A stretch of 64,000 bases of DNA. Origin: a virus. Position 1 is the stretch's first letter. Every line of letters begins with the position of its first letter. The position numbers and the translations under genes are program-made. The notes beneath the pieces are model-generated. The model had not been told where the DNA came from. It made no database searches and saw only the letters and a list, made by a program, of their open reading frames with translations. The stretch spans positions 32,001 through 96,000 of the IMG/VR virus record IMGVR_UViG_3300034107_000314. One strand, written 5' to 3'. Below are positions 30,853 to 40,315 of the stretch, piece by piece.

Positions 30853-31430
30853 TGTATTTCACAAGCTCCACCAGAGTTATTTTTTTTACTATGATTCGAT
30901 ATTAAAATACACATTTCAATAAAATAATTTTCATCATATGTTCTTTTCATCATATTTATATCCTTGTGAACCCATTGTACATTATTTTCAGTATAACCAA
31001 TAGAACTATCTATTCTATCCAGTGAAGCCGTATGATTTGACTGCTCGTTATATTTTATAATTATATCTTGTCCTGATAATGCGCATTTTTTACCCTGTTT
31101 TAAAAAAAGATTCCAAGCATATTCTATTGTTATTGTAAAATCAACACTTCTTCTGCTTCCTCTTTTTCTTCCGCCAGCACCTCTTTTGATAGAGTCCCAA
31201 TAATCTCCACTAATATCTCCAAATCCTTTCCATTGATGATGGTGATTTCCTTTGGGGGCGCATTTTGAACATCTTTTACTTTGCCCTTGTATTAAATGAG
31301 TAGAATATACATCTCTAATATTACCGCATTCACAAATACATCTCCACACCGTATGATTTCTATTAGTTTGTACTCTTTGCTGTACAGTCCATTTTCCGAA
31401 TTTTTCACCAGTCAGATCTTTTAACTTCAT
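30849..31430 (-). mobile_element. free-standing HNH-type homing endonuclease gene inserted at the 3' end of nrdJ
   Basis: DLTGEKFGKWTV..WRCICECG; SLDRIDSSIGYTENNVQWV...N; ends in the NrdJ-like tail SGGACEIQ. Confidence 0.85.
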
Positions 31431-31436
31431 TTTACA

Positions 31437-31498
31437 CTCCTGTTTTATATCAATATAATCACATTATATTATACACAAAACAGGAGGCAAATGTGATT
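31437..31498 (-). promoter_or_regulatory. late-promoter motif inside an RBS-sequestering RNA structure
   Basis: CTCCTGTTTT/AAAACAGGAG 10-bp inverted repeat covers the SD; second IR AATCACATT/AATGTGATT; TGTGTATAATA at 31467-31477. Confidence 0.75.
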
Positions 31499-31500
31499 AA

Positions 31501-33684
31501 TTAAACTAATTCGCAGCCACCAGAAGTACAAGCAAGAGCCTGTTCTAGTTGTGTGTCATCATATATCTCTTCTACAACTGTATAGTCCACTTCTTTGTAC
31601 TCCCGTTTGAGTTCTGTCCATAGTTTGAAGTTATAAATATCCTTCATGCAATATGTAAGCTCTTTAATATCACCTTCAAAATACTTATTAGCAAATTTCT
31701 TGCATCTCTCTACCCATTCGACTTTCGCTTTTCCTTTGATTGGACTTCCAAGACCAGAAATGCTATCACACGCTGCCCAAAGATTATCTTCCCATAAATT
31801 AAGAGCTACTTCGATCAAACCACTTACAAACATAACTCCTTCACCATAATGAGATATCATCTCACTAGGTAAATACACAGCCGTGAATGGGGCTTGTGGA
31901 TAATCTTTATCTCCAGTCACTGGAAGTAAAGAAATGCCGCAGAAGAATTCTCTATTAGCATAGATAAAATCCTCTACTTCATTCCATTCATCGGGCTTAA
32001 CATTGATTGTATTACTTACGTTGTGAGTTAGCCAAGGCTTAGTGCAAAGCTCAATATTAGTGCCGGGCAATACCCAGTTCTGTTGTGTTGACTTTACAAT
32101 CTTAAGTAACTCAATAGCTGTAATCTTATTCTTTGTTTTGCTACCGTCTGGGACTTCAATACAGAAAGCAATTACATCATCGGTTCTATTGGCCGACCAA
32201 ACAGATTCTTCGCACGCTCTTGGGTTGACTTTGTTGAAGTGCTGGTACAGTGCCTCCACCTTATTCGCCTGTACGCGACGAATATAGCGTTTAGCGTGAT
32301 GAGGGTGAATACCACTGGCAGTGCCAAGGATACAGCTAGCAGTGCCTTCAGGCTTGACACAGGTGACTCTCGCCGCTTGATTAATTCCAATCTTCTGGGC
32401 GATAGATTTGTTGGTTTCTTTTGCAAGCTCTGCTGCCTTTCGTTGAATATCTGGATTCAAGCAGATCTCAGGCTTTTCTAACCAACCTGTTCCAGATACA
32501 CCTAGTAATGCTTCTCTAGCAAAAATCTTTTCACTAGTCTCTCCTAAATATGGAAAACTATTAAATCCAGCTTGAAGAGTTCCAATAATAGTTACTGCTT
32601 TAACTGCATCATAAAACTCTTGTTCAGTAGTAACTTTAGCACAGTTAACTGTAGAAAGATTACAACCTTGCCATCCACTCTTGCCAGTTTCTACATCTAC
32701 TGGATACATGCCAATTTCAACACATGGATTAACAATAAAATCTTCATCGTCGGCCCATACGAAACCCGGTTCACCAAATTGCTTAACTGACTGCATTAAT
32801 TCTGCAAATTGTTCAGGAGTTGTCTTATCTCTTAAAAGAAGTGCTGAATTATTTGATCGACCCCTATGAGGATTATCGGTAAACCAATTGCCAGTTTTAG
32901 CTGTAGCCATCTCTTTATCATCTGGCGAGAAGAGGCAAATGGTAGCACTACGCCTAACTCCACCACTAATAACAGCATCGGCAGCGTGCATAACAATGTC
33001 ATATGCTTCGATTGGTTTAATTCTGAAATCACCTCTGTTAATGGCATTGTCTAACACTTTCTTAATGTTGTTAAGAGCTTTCTTTAGCGGTTCTGAACCC
33101 GGAGCTTTTCCACCTCCAGAAATTCTTGTACCTTTCGCTCTAATCTTGTCAAAATTAAACTGAATTTCTTTTCCTTGATATTCTGGAAAATCAGTTTCAC
33201 CTTCAAAATAAGAACTTAGCAATACACCGATTGCATCACTCCAACCTTCAATTTCATCTGGTACAGTATACTTGACTTTTCCAGATCTTTCTTTTGATAG
33301 GTTAGGTAGTTTATCAATGTGTTTTTTCTGCACTGAAAATCCTACGCCACAACCACAAAGAAGCATATACATGCACTCTTGAAAGAATCGCATTCTATCA
33401 ATGAAAGATACTGTACAATTAAACATACGGGCGTTATGCTTAAAGATAGGATCTCCACCAAATTGCAAAGCTCTCTGCGAGCCTAAACCTTTCTTCTTGA
33501 GCATCATATCATATGCCCAGTCAATATCTGCGTGCAAATCTTCGCTCTTATCTGCATATTGTTTATGCATCATATTCCTAACGCGATCCACACTCTCCTT
33601 GTATGTTTCTCGCCTCTTCTTATCTGGTAAATATCTTGCATATTTTGCGGAAAATGTGTAATCCTGTAAAGCTTTAATCGACAT
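31501..33684 (-). CDS. nrdJ: class II (adenosylcobalamin) ribonucleotide reductase
   Basis: FNC, GGVRRSA, NPCVEI, CNLS, TCVKPEGTAS, C-terminal CxxxxC. Confidence 0.92.
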   Translation of the reverse strand: MSIKALQDYTFSAKYARYLPDKKRRETYKESVDRVRNMMHKQYADKSEDLHADIDWAYDMMLKKKGLGSQRALQFGGDPIFKHNARMFNCTVSFIDRMRFFQECMYMLLCGCGVGFSVQKKHIDKLPNLSKERSGKVKYTVPDEIEGWSDAIGVLLSSYFEGETDFPEYQGKEIQFNFDKIRAKGTRISGGGKAPGSEPLKKALNNIKKVLDNAINRGDFRIKPIEAYDIVMHAADAVISGGVRRSATICLFSPDDKEMATAKTGNWFTDNPHRGRSNNSALLLRDKTTPEQFAELMQSVKQFGEPGFVWADDEDFIVNPCVEIGMYPVDVETGKSGWQGCNLSTVNCAKVTTEQEFYDAVKAVTIIGTLQAGFNSFPYLGETSEKIFAREALLGVSGTGWLEKPEICLNPDIQRKAAELAKETNKSIAQKIGINQAARVTCVKPEGTASCILGTASGIHPHHAKRYIRRVQANKVEALYQHFNKVNPRACEESVWSANRTDDVIAFCIEVPDGSKTKNKITAIELLKIVKSTQQNWVLPGTNIELCTKPWLTHNVSNTINVKPDEWNEVEDFIYANREFFCGISLLPVTGDKDYPQAPFTAVYLPSEMISHYGEGVMFVSGLIEVALNLWEDNLWAACDSISGLGSPIKGKAKVEWVERCKKFANKYFEGDIKELTYCMKDIYNFKLWTELKREYKEVDYTVVEEIYDDTQLEQALACTSGGCELV

Positions 33685-34169
33685 TATTCTTTTGCCCTTT
33701 TATTTTGTAGTTTTATACTTAGATTACTGAATACTGTATATTCAAAATCTAATTCTTTTATTTTTAGTCCATTTTCAATCAAGAAGTTAATTATCTTAAT
33801 ATCATCTTCGCTCATGGAATAAATCACTCCATGTTTATCTACTATGATTTTTCTGATACCATTCTGCCATAGCATTTTTGAACATACCGAGCATGGATAT
33901 CCAGTTACATAAGCTCGTAAGTTTTTTTCTTTCACAATCATATTAGCTAAAGCATTTTGTTCAGCGTGGATCATATATGGATATTTGTAAGGACGAATCA
34001 TTGGTAGATTTTCATCCTGTGTATTAGCTGGAAAGCCATTGTATCCTACGCTAACGACATGATTGTCTTCGTTAACAATAACACAGCCCACTTGCGTTTG
34101 TGCGTCATGTGAACGCACAGCGGCTAAATGGGCCATTGCCATAAAGTATTGATCCCAGTCGGTTCTCAT
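33684..34169 (-). CDS. dCMP deaminase
   Basis: GYNG, HAEQNA, PCSVC. Confidence 0.92.
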   Translation of the reverse strand: MRTDWDQYFMAMAHLAAVRSHDAQTQVGCVIVNEDNHVVSVGYNGFPANTQDENLPMIRPYKYPYMIHAEQNALANMIVKEKNLRAYVTGYPCSVCSKMLWQNGIRKIIVDKHGVIYSMSEDDIKIINFLIENGLKIKELDFEYTVFSNLSIKLQNKRAKE

Positions 34170-34390
34170 TTTTTTAGGTACTCTTTGTGAACCCAAGTGA
34201 GTTGTAAAGTACCCTCGTCAACATTCGCTCCAATTATAAAAGGCCCGTAGGCTACTAGTTTATTATAGCCTTGCTTTGCCTCAAAGTATCCACAATATCC
34301 AGAAATTCGCTTTTTTGTTTCTGTTCCGGGAATTAGCTGACGGTCCAATTGGTACAACTTGTCAAAATCCACTGACTTTAAATTAACCAT
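34166..34390 (-). CDS. hypothetical protein
   Basis: 74 aa coupled ORF. Confidence 0.55.
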   Translation of the reverse strand: MVNLKSVDFDKLYQLDRQLIPGTETKKRISGYCGYFEAKQGYNKLVAYGPFIIGANVDEGTLQLTWVHKEYLKK

Positions 34391-34402
34391 TGTTTTGTCC
34401 TA

Positions 34403-34750
34403 TTATTCTGAGATTTTAAAAAATGAAAGAACGTCCTTCTTAAGCATTTGTCCTACGTATTCAATTTGTTCGCTAGCGGGATCTTCATCTGCAAATGATA
34501 GAAAATAAAATTCTGTGACTTCATCAGCAATAAGCTCGTTTAACATTTTTGCATTGTAGTCACTTTCTTTGAAAAGCTTATCCAGCTTAGAAGGTAAAGA
34601 GAAAGCTATATAACCTTCTCGTTCACCCAATACTTGAAAGCTAATACAGTAATAAGATATTTTATTTTGTTTAAACTTAAAGAAGCTCAAAATATCATTA
34701 TTCCAATCAAATTCTTCTTTAATGTCAATATTGCCAATTTTAATACTCAT
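34403..34750 (-). CDS. hypothetical protein
   Basis: Coupled ORF. Confidence 0.6.
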   Translation of the reverse strand: MSIKIGNIDIKEEFDWNNDILSFFKFKQNKISYYCISFQVLGEREGYIAFSLPSKLDKLFKESDYNAKMLNELIADEVTEFYFLSFADEDPASEQIEYVGQMLKKDVLSFFKISE

Positions 34751-34925
34751 TCTTATCACTTTCTAGAACCACAGTTATTTTGTTTAGTCTGATATCAATG
34801 AAAGTCTTGTCGTCAACTTTCCTTACATTGATATTATCCAACACCGCTTTCACTTTGTCAAGGTCTGACTGGGAGAAATTTAGCTGATTCAGCAAAATCT
34901 CAACTAATTTATCTTTTAATTCCAT
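34740..34925 (-). CDS. hypothetical protein
   Basis: 61 aa with SD GGAG. Confidence 0.55.
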   Translation of the reverse strand: MELKDKLVEILLNQLNFSQSDLDKVKAVLDNINVRKVDDKTFIDIRLNKITVVLESDKNEY

Positions 34926-35313
34926 TTGTAGCTCCAGCGGCAGCAGTCGCCATCCCGTTAGACATCGAAATTACTTTTTTTTTATCTTCCAAGATATCGT
35001 TTTTTGCAATACCGTCTTGCATAAGCTTATCTAATTTATAAGTATGCTCATTTAATATCTCTGCATGTACGGTAAAATTTTGTACTAAAATTTCATTTTG
35101 TTTCTCTAGAATGCTTACGGTTCTACCCGATGCATCTTTTAACTGAGTAACTAATTCAAAGTGGGCGTCCACTATTGGTTCAACTTTAATAAAAATCTTT
35201 TTACCTAGTTTATAAACTACAAAGCCAGTAATAAGCCATAATCCAACAGGGAATCCAGTTTTATTGATAAACTCTCCCAAATTTGGTAATACTTCATGCC
35301 ATGACATGTTCAT
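34909..35313 (-). CDS. single-TM holin-like membrane protein
   Basis: GFPVGLWLITGFVVY TM followed by coiled coil. Confidence 0.5.
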   Translation of the reverse strand: MNMSWHEVLPNLGEFINKTGFPVGLWLITGFVVYKLGKKIFIKVEPIVDAHFELVTQLKDASGRTVSILEKQNEILVQNFTVHAEILNEHTYKLDKLMQDGIAKNDILEDKKKVISMSNGMATAAAGATNGIKR

Positions 35314-35325
35314 AATTCATCTCCT

Positions 35326-35358
35326 AAAATAAAAGGGGACTGGGAATCCCAATCCCCC
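35326..35358 (-). terminator. rho-independent terminator
   Basis: GGGGATTGGG-att-CCCAGTCCCC followed by TTTTATTTT. Confidence 0.8.
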
Positions 35359-35366
35359 GAATTTAA

Positions 35367-35999
35367 TTACTTGCCAGTGATAGGTGAGTAGTTATATTTA
35401 TTAGATGATGTAGCAGGATTGTAATCAACAAAATTGGTCAAGATATACAATTCACCCGGAACCGCTCTGCTTGGAATAGATCCAGAAGTACCGAAATCTG
35501 CACCAGCTGTGCCAGTTGGGTTTGTGATCCAAGTAGTTCTCTTCTTGATCTTGTCGCCGTTAGAATCATATCCTGTTCTACTAAATTGGCTCTTGCGAAC
35601 TAGTGTTGTAGAATTATCATAGTTATCTTTGATATAATATGGATATTTTGGGCCAGAAACAGTATTAGCCATGAAGAGCAAGAAAGTCTTGGATACGCCA
35701 GCAAGAGTTGTTGCAACTCTAGAGATCAACCAAGTATTTCCTGATCTGCTATTGGAGTTATAAGCAAATGTTCCACCGCTAAGAATTTTTGCAGTGTTAT
35801 ATGTTTTAGCTCCACTTAATTCTTTTGGTCCGGTTGTAATTGATGTATTGTTTGTGTTTACATCTTTAACTTGGATTGCTTTTGTGATTAGTGTCGTAGC
35901 AGTAGACAATCCGATGATTGTTCCACCCTGTCGCTGTGTGGTATAAGCTCCACCAGCAGTATTTTTTAAATATGGATTGGACGATTGATTTGGAACCAT
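35367..35999 (-). CDS. putative virion structural protein
   Basis: T/S/G/N-rich; preceded by the TGTGTATAGTA motif. Confidence 0.55.
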   Translation of the reverse strand: MVPNQSSNPYLKNTAGGAYTTQRQGGTIIGLSTATTLITKAIQVKDVNTNNTSITTGPKELSGAKTYNTAKILSGGTFAYNSNSRSGNTWLISRVATTLAGVSKTFLLFMANTVSGPKYPYYIKDNYDNSTTLVRKSQFSRTGYDSNGDKIKKRTTWITNPTGTAGADFGTSGSIPSRAVPGELYILTNFVDYNPATSSNKYNYSPITGK

Positions 36000-36066
36000 T
36001 GCAGTTCTCCTGTTTATGTATTAAAACTTATTATTTTCCTATTATCCTTGTTTTAGGTTCCTCTTC

Positions 36067-36573
36067 CTACTCTACTATACACAATTCTCTGCACAAATTT
36101 ATCGCTTTTTTTAATTTTTTTCTTGCAGCTTCTTTTCCATATCCATTTTGTTCACCTATTTCCTTATTTGTCATGTTGTAATAAAATTTTTGAACCAGTA
36201 CATTATATAGTTCTTCGTTTTTATCTTTAACAGACATCAAAATATCTCTAGCTTCTTCTTTACTTTTAAAATCGCACGACAGTGCATTGTGATAATTATC
36301 AATATATTCAGTATTCTGAAAATCTCTAGCCTTGCTTTTGTACAGTCTTCTAGAATTGTTTTGTATGCTTCTATACAAGTAAGATGAGAATTTAGCTTTT
36401 TTTGTAGAATTGAAATTTTGCAAACATCCCCATAGCGTATTCATTATAACCGATTTAATTTCATCTTTTGTGCATACACCTTTTAAATTTTCATTGCAAA
36501 CTTTGTGCATAATTTTTTTATAATATTCATTATTAATAGCTTCTTCAAATTTCTTATCGTTTACAGATTGCAT
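36067..36573 (-). CDS. phage RNA polymerase sigma factor (sigma70 regions 2 and 4)
   Basis: KFSSYLYRSIQN; MTNKEIGEQNGYGKEAARKKLKKA HTH. Confidence 0.85.
   Translation of the reverse strand: MQSVNDKKFEEAINNEYYKKIMHKVCNENLKGVCTKDEIKSVIMNTLWGCLQNFNSTKKAKFSSYLYRSIQNNSRRLYKSKARDFQNTEYIDNYHNALSCDFKSKEEARDILMSVKDKNEELYNVLVQKFYYNMTNKEIGEQNGYGKEAARKKLKKAINLCRELCIVE
36073..36083 (-). promoter_or_regulatory. putative late promoter TGTGTATAGTA
   Basis: Motif in the last codons of the sigma gene, upstream of ORF 35999. Confidence 0.6.
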
Positions 36574-36964
36574 TTTCTATTTCCTTTTTTACGTTTGTGA
36601 AATTAAACATTTTTCCTACACCAATACAAAATGTGTATCTACTCATAATTTTCAATGCTTCTACGCCATTGATTATTTTTATCTTGTCAGATACTTTATA
36701 CGTAATATCAAAATTGGTGTATCCTAGCCAGCAGTACCATCTGTCTGAAGGTTTTAATGCGGATTCACTGGGAACAGTTCCAAATGGAGTGTGTATTAAT
36801 GGAGACCCCATGTCTAATAATGGTCCTAAACTATTAGTTATTCCCATGTTACTTAGCAACTGTTCATTATCCTCAGATTCTTCATCCATCATAAAATCTA
36901 TAGGCTGAGATTCTAGAAGTTCTATCTCTTTTTCATTCCAGCTTTCCCACATTATTTTTTTCAT
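36554..36964 (-). CDS. hypothetical protein
   Basis: 136 aa coupled ORF. Confidence 0.65.
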   Translation of the reverse strand: MKKIMWESWNEKEIELLESQPIDFMMDEESEDNEQLLSNMGITNSLGPLLDMGSPLIHTPFGTVPSESALKPSDRWYCWLGYTNFDITYKVSDKIKIINGVEALKIMSRYTFCIGVGKMFNFTNVKKEIENAICKR

Positions 36965-37290
36965 TAACTTAGCTCCACATTGGTAGGATCTATGACTAGA
37001 CTTGTAGGCGACGATAGTTCATTAAAAGCTTTAGAAAATGTATTGAATTTTTTTAATCCATTTTCCATAGTTTTTGATTGAACTTTTAACTGTTCTAATA
37101 TTAATTCATTAAATTCTCCGCTAGTAGATTTATTTAATAGTAATGCAAACTTTTTAATTTCTTCTGTGGTATTACCCCACGCAACTTCAAATGCTACATT
37201 TCCATCAGTATCTAAACAAAAAATAATAAATGACTGAGGTGTAAAATCTTCAGTCAAATCGTCTTGGGTCTCCGTTGATGCATTCGACAT
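36964..37290 (-). CDS. hypothetical protein
   Basis: 108 aa coupled ORF. Confidence 0.6.
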   Translation of the reverse strand: MSNASTETQDDLTEDFTPQSFIIFCLDTDGNVAFEVAWGNTTEEIKKFALLLNKSTSGEFNELILEQLKVQSKTMENGLKKFNTFSKAFNELSSPTSLVIDPTNVELS

Positions 37291-37642
37291 AAAAGTTATC
37301 CGGTATGAGTTTATAAAAATTCGTTGTATTGACTATTTTTCCATTCTTTATACAATCTTTAAAATATAGCATTTTACTTGTATATATAATTTCAATAGTG
37401 TCTTCTTTTTTTCTACATGATACTAATTCTTTTGTAGGCCATTCATAATGTACTTTAATATATTCTGTGAACAATTCTAATAAACATTGTTTAGGACCGC
37501 TATGAAATAGAGTCATTCTTTTTTTTAAGATATTATATTCATCATCTAATAATATTTTTTTATAATCTATATCTAATTGTGATACAGAATTGTCTTCAAA
37601 TATAGGAATAAATGATATATCTATATTGTATTGCTTATCCAT
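37250..37642 (-). CDS. hypothetical protein
   Basis: SD AGGAGG, first gene after a promoter. Confidence 0.65.
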   Translation of the reverse strand: MDKQYNIDISFIPIFEDNSVSQLDIDYKKILLDDEYNILKKRMTLFHSGPKQCLLELFTEYIKVHYEWPTKELVSCRKKEDTIEIIYTSKMLYFKDCIKNGKIVNTTNFYKLIPDNFYVECINGDPRRFD

Positions 37643-37655
37643 TATTTCCTCCTAT

Positions 37656-37701
37656 AAAAATGGGCTTAGTAATATTATACCAAGCCCCAAAGAATTGTCA
37701 A
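37656..37701 (-). promoter_or_regulatory. sigma70-type promoter overlapped by a terminator hairpin
   Basis: TTGACA-16-TATAAT; the -10 box sits in the loop of GGGCTTGG/CTAAGCCC, followed by ATTTTT. Confidence 0.75.
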
Positions 37702-37703
37702 TG

Positions 37704-38177
37704 TTAATTTAATAAAATCCAAGCAATTGCCCTCATTTTTTCAGATAAAGCAATTTGCTCTTCTTTTGTAATGATAGCTTCATTTTCTCCAAGCGTAGAT
37801 AGTATGATTTTATACATTCTATCTCCAAGAGCTTTATACTTATTGCTAATTCTATTATTAAATGTTAGCTTAGCGGATTCCACATAAAAGTTTTCGAAAG
37901 ATATTGAATTTACATTTTCATAAGATGGTAGTCTTTTACCCACCTCATTATTAAAAATGGCAATCAGCTCTCTATCAAAAACTTCGTCTGGGCCGGAAAC
38001 GATGTCTTTAATATCTTTTAACTCTTCGTATAGTTTATCGGTAGGCTTTTTCAAGTCTAGCATTTTACTGTAGTTTGTAGATGGAATTACTGGTTTATCA
38101 ATATTAATTCCTGAGATACTATCCCAAAAAAAACCAATTAATACAAAAGCAATTCCTAAATATACTCTAGGCTTCAT
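37704..38177 (-). CDS. membrane-anchored hypothetical protein
   Basis: N-terminal TM. Confidence 0.65.
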   Translation of the reverse strand: MKPRVYLGIAFVLIGFFWDSISGINIDKPVIPSTNYSKMLDLKKPTDKLYEELKDIKDIVSGPDEVFDRELIAIFNNEVGKRLPSYENVNSISFENFYVESAKLTFNNRISNKYKALGDRMYKIILSTLGENEAIITKEEQIALSEKMRAIAWILLN

Positions 38178-38178
38178 A

Positions 38179-38472
38179 TTATTTGTCCACTTTAATTAAC
38201 ATTGGGAAAATTTCATCTAGTGTTATAACAGCTTCAGATAGATTGTTCTCTTCGCAAGCATCCTTGAATGATTGCCACTTCTGAACAATCTCTACCAAAT
38301 TATCTTTAGTATCGACTGCAACAACAGGAGCTGGAGCTGGAGTCGGGGTGATATTTGGAATATCAATATTGTTGGCTTTTTGCTGAATCTTCTTTAGCAA
38401 AGAAGAAAAATCAAATGAGGATAGGATTATAACGATTCCAAGTCCTAAAAAAATTATTTGGCCTGTACTCAT
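38179..38472 (-). CDS. membrane-anchored protein with Pro-rich linker
   Basis: N-terminal TM; TPTPAPAP. Confidence 0.65.
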   Translation of the reverse strand: MSTGQIIFLGLGIVIILSSFDFSSLLKKIQQKANNIDIPNITPTPAPAPVVAVDTKDNLVEIVQKWQSFKDACEENNLSEAVITLDEIFPMLIKVDK

Positions 38473-38657
38473 TGGACCACCTCAGTCTTTCTTAATGAGT
38501 CGCCAACAATCCAGCTCGCACAAACCAGCACGATATTCTGAACTTGATCTGCGCTTAAAGTAGTAATCCCTAAACTTTCTGTTGTTACAGCTAATACGCC
38601 AGCTACCGCGACCCAAAATCTACGAGATTGAAGCAGGGCTTGAATTTTAGTTTGCAT
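38469..38657 (-). CDS. two-TM holin-like protein
   Basis: SRRFWVAVAG.. TM1, second TM, basic tail. Confidence 0.6.
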   Translation of the reverse strand: MQTKIQALLQSRRFWVAVAGVLAVTTESLGITTLSADQVQNIVLVCASWIVGDSLRKTEVVQ

Positions 38658-38988
38658 TTTTTGCCTCCTGAATGATTGATTGAAAACTTTCTGATGATAT
38701 TTTTTTTGATTCTGCCAATAAAAGATCTTGAACTTGAGGTCTCAAGTGAGCATATTCTTTTGGAAGTTTATCTTTGACAGCTTTACGCAATAGAATTTTA
38801 TCTAATGCACCCGGATTTTTAACTCGATCTTCCAAGCTTCTTCCAAACACATTACACTTCATTAGCAGTTGAAGAACTCCAATAATGATTGATCCAATGA
38901 TAACTATTAGACCAAAATCAAAAGAGTAATTTTTTTCGCCATCCTCTATATTTGAAGCTATTTCTTTTGCTAGTTCATCTACGCTCAT
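38647..38988 (-). CDS. membrane protein
   Basis: Single internal TM. Confidence 0.65.
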   Translation of the reverse strand: MSVDELAKEIASNIEDGEKNYSFDFGLIVIIGSIIIGVLQLLMKCNVFGRSLEDRVKNPGALDKILLRKAVKDKLPKEYAHLRPQVQDLLLAESKKISSESFQSIIQEAKNAN

Positions 38989-39383
38989 GGGTTCACCTGA
39001 ATATATTGTATTTGGGGTTGCGGTTGTGGCTGAACAGCCTGAACTTGTGGCTCTTCCTTTGGTTTACACTTACACACGCCGCCATCTTTTGAACACTGAC
39101 ACTTTAGTTTATTGCCATCTGGTTGAATTAATTCACCTGTTCCATTGCACTTGCACCCAAGATCAGGTGCTGGAGGTGCTGGCTTAGGAACATTCTCCTT
39201 TTTAATATTTTTCTTCTCTGTAGTATCTAAAATACTATTTACTCTTTCAACTTCTTTTTTAAGATCTGATTCGATATCTCTAGATCCGTATACTTGTAGT
39301 TGTTTATCTGCTACGTTATATTGGCTATAAGTATAGCCAACGATTAACCCTAAAGCAAGAACTATAACGCTTTTAAAATTCAC
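38985..39383 (-). CDS. exported protein with Cys cluster
   Basis: Signal/TM; CKCNGTG...DG...CQC...CKC. Confidence 0.65.
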   Translation of the reverse strand: MNFKSVIVLALGLIVGYTYSQYNVADKQLQVYGSRDIESDLKKEVERVNSILDTTEKKNIKKENVPKPAPPAPDLGCKCNGTGELIQPDGNKLKCQCSKDGGVCKCKPKEEPQVQAVQPQPQPQIQYIQVNP

Positions 39384-40315
39384 GCAAAAATCTCCTTTAC
39401 TCTTGTCCAGTCCATCTTTCGTTTAAACCCGTTGAAGTTGCTGTAAGCGAATGTCGCTCCAGCACCAATCATACCTTCGGCAACTTTTTGCCTAGTCCAA
39501 AAACTACCATCTGGTTGTTCATAGACTTTAGGACCAGAATTCCATAGTCCCCAGCTATTTCCAACTAGGAACAACATTTCATTAAATCTTTCATAGGTAT
39601 CATCACATGCAAGTATTGTCATTGCGTGCGCCCAGCTACCTTGAGGTTCTGCAATTCCATTTTTATCCCTTTGCGAAGAGAATCCATAGTTAGAACATAC
39701 AGATAAAGCATATCCATTAGCTAGCAGATCTCTGGCTTGCTCAACGCTGTTCACTGCTGTTACTGTGGTTATCTTGTGCTTAGAGCATTCCTTCACTACA
39801 GCTTCAGGGATTCCTCGTCCACCCCAGTTCATTCCTATTTTAGCATTGTATGTTGATAAGTCAATACCTAAATCGTCATATTTTTGCCTAAGTAAGAAAC
39901 CTCCTGTTGTACTTACGAATCTTGCCGCTTGTGAACAATGCATTCCTTGGCCGCTAGAACCCCTAGAACCATAGATTGGTTCAGTAGCTCCTCTAGCAAT
40001 GAAAGACTCTTTCTCTTTGCCATACAGGATTTCGTAAGCCCTAGTGATGTCTACAGCATTGCGTGTAGCATGACTTACGCAATCGCCAGTAGTTTGACTT
40101 TCATCTCCTCCAAAAGAAGGAAAGAAATATTGAATTGCTTTATAAGGCAAGGAAAGAACTCCTTTACCTGTTCCATATAATTCATCACCAATATCTCCAA
40201 ATAATGGATGTGGTAATTCTTGCATGAGTTTTGCCATGTCAACTGGATCACACACTGCGCCTTGTAATCCATTATTATACTGATCTAAAAGTTCTTCTGG
40301 ACTATTAAATTCCAT
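39380..40315 (-). CDS. papain-like (C1A) cysteine peptidase
   Basis: QTTGDCVSHA, WAHAM, GNSWG: catalytic Q-C-H-N. Confidence 0.88.
   Translation of the reverse strand: MEFNSPEELLDQYNNGLQGAVCDPVDMAKLMQELPHPLFGDIGDELYGTGKGVLSLPYKAIQYFFPSFGGDESQTTGDCVSHATRNAVDITRAYEILYGKEKESFIARGATEPIYGSRGSSGQGMHCSQAARFVSTTGGFLLRQKYDDLGIDLSTYNAKIGMNWGGRGIPEAVVKECSKHKITTVTAVNSVEQARDLLANGYALSVCSNYGFSSQRDKNGIAEPQGSWAHAMTILACDDTYERFNEMLFLVGNSWGLWNSGPKVYEQPDGSFWTRQKVAEGMIGAGATFAYSNFNGFKRKMDWTRVKEIFA

Noticed and set aside
30876-31527. Group I intron in nrdJ
   Set aside because: Only about 70 non-coding nt, no terminal G before the putative 3' exon, and nrdJ already has a complete C-X4-C tail.
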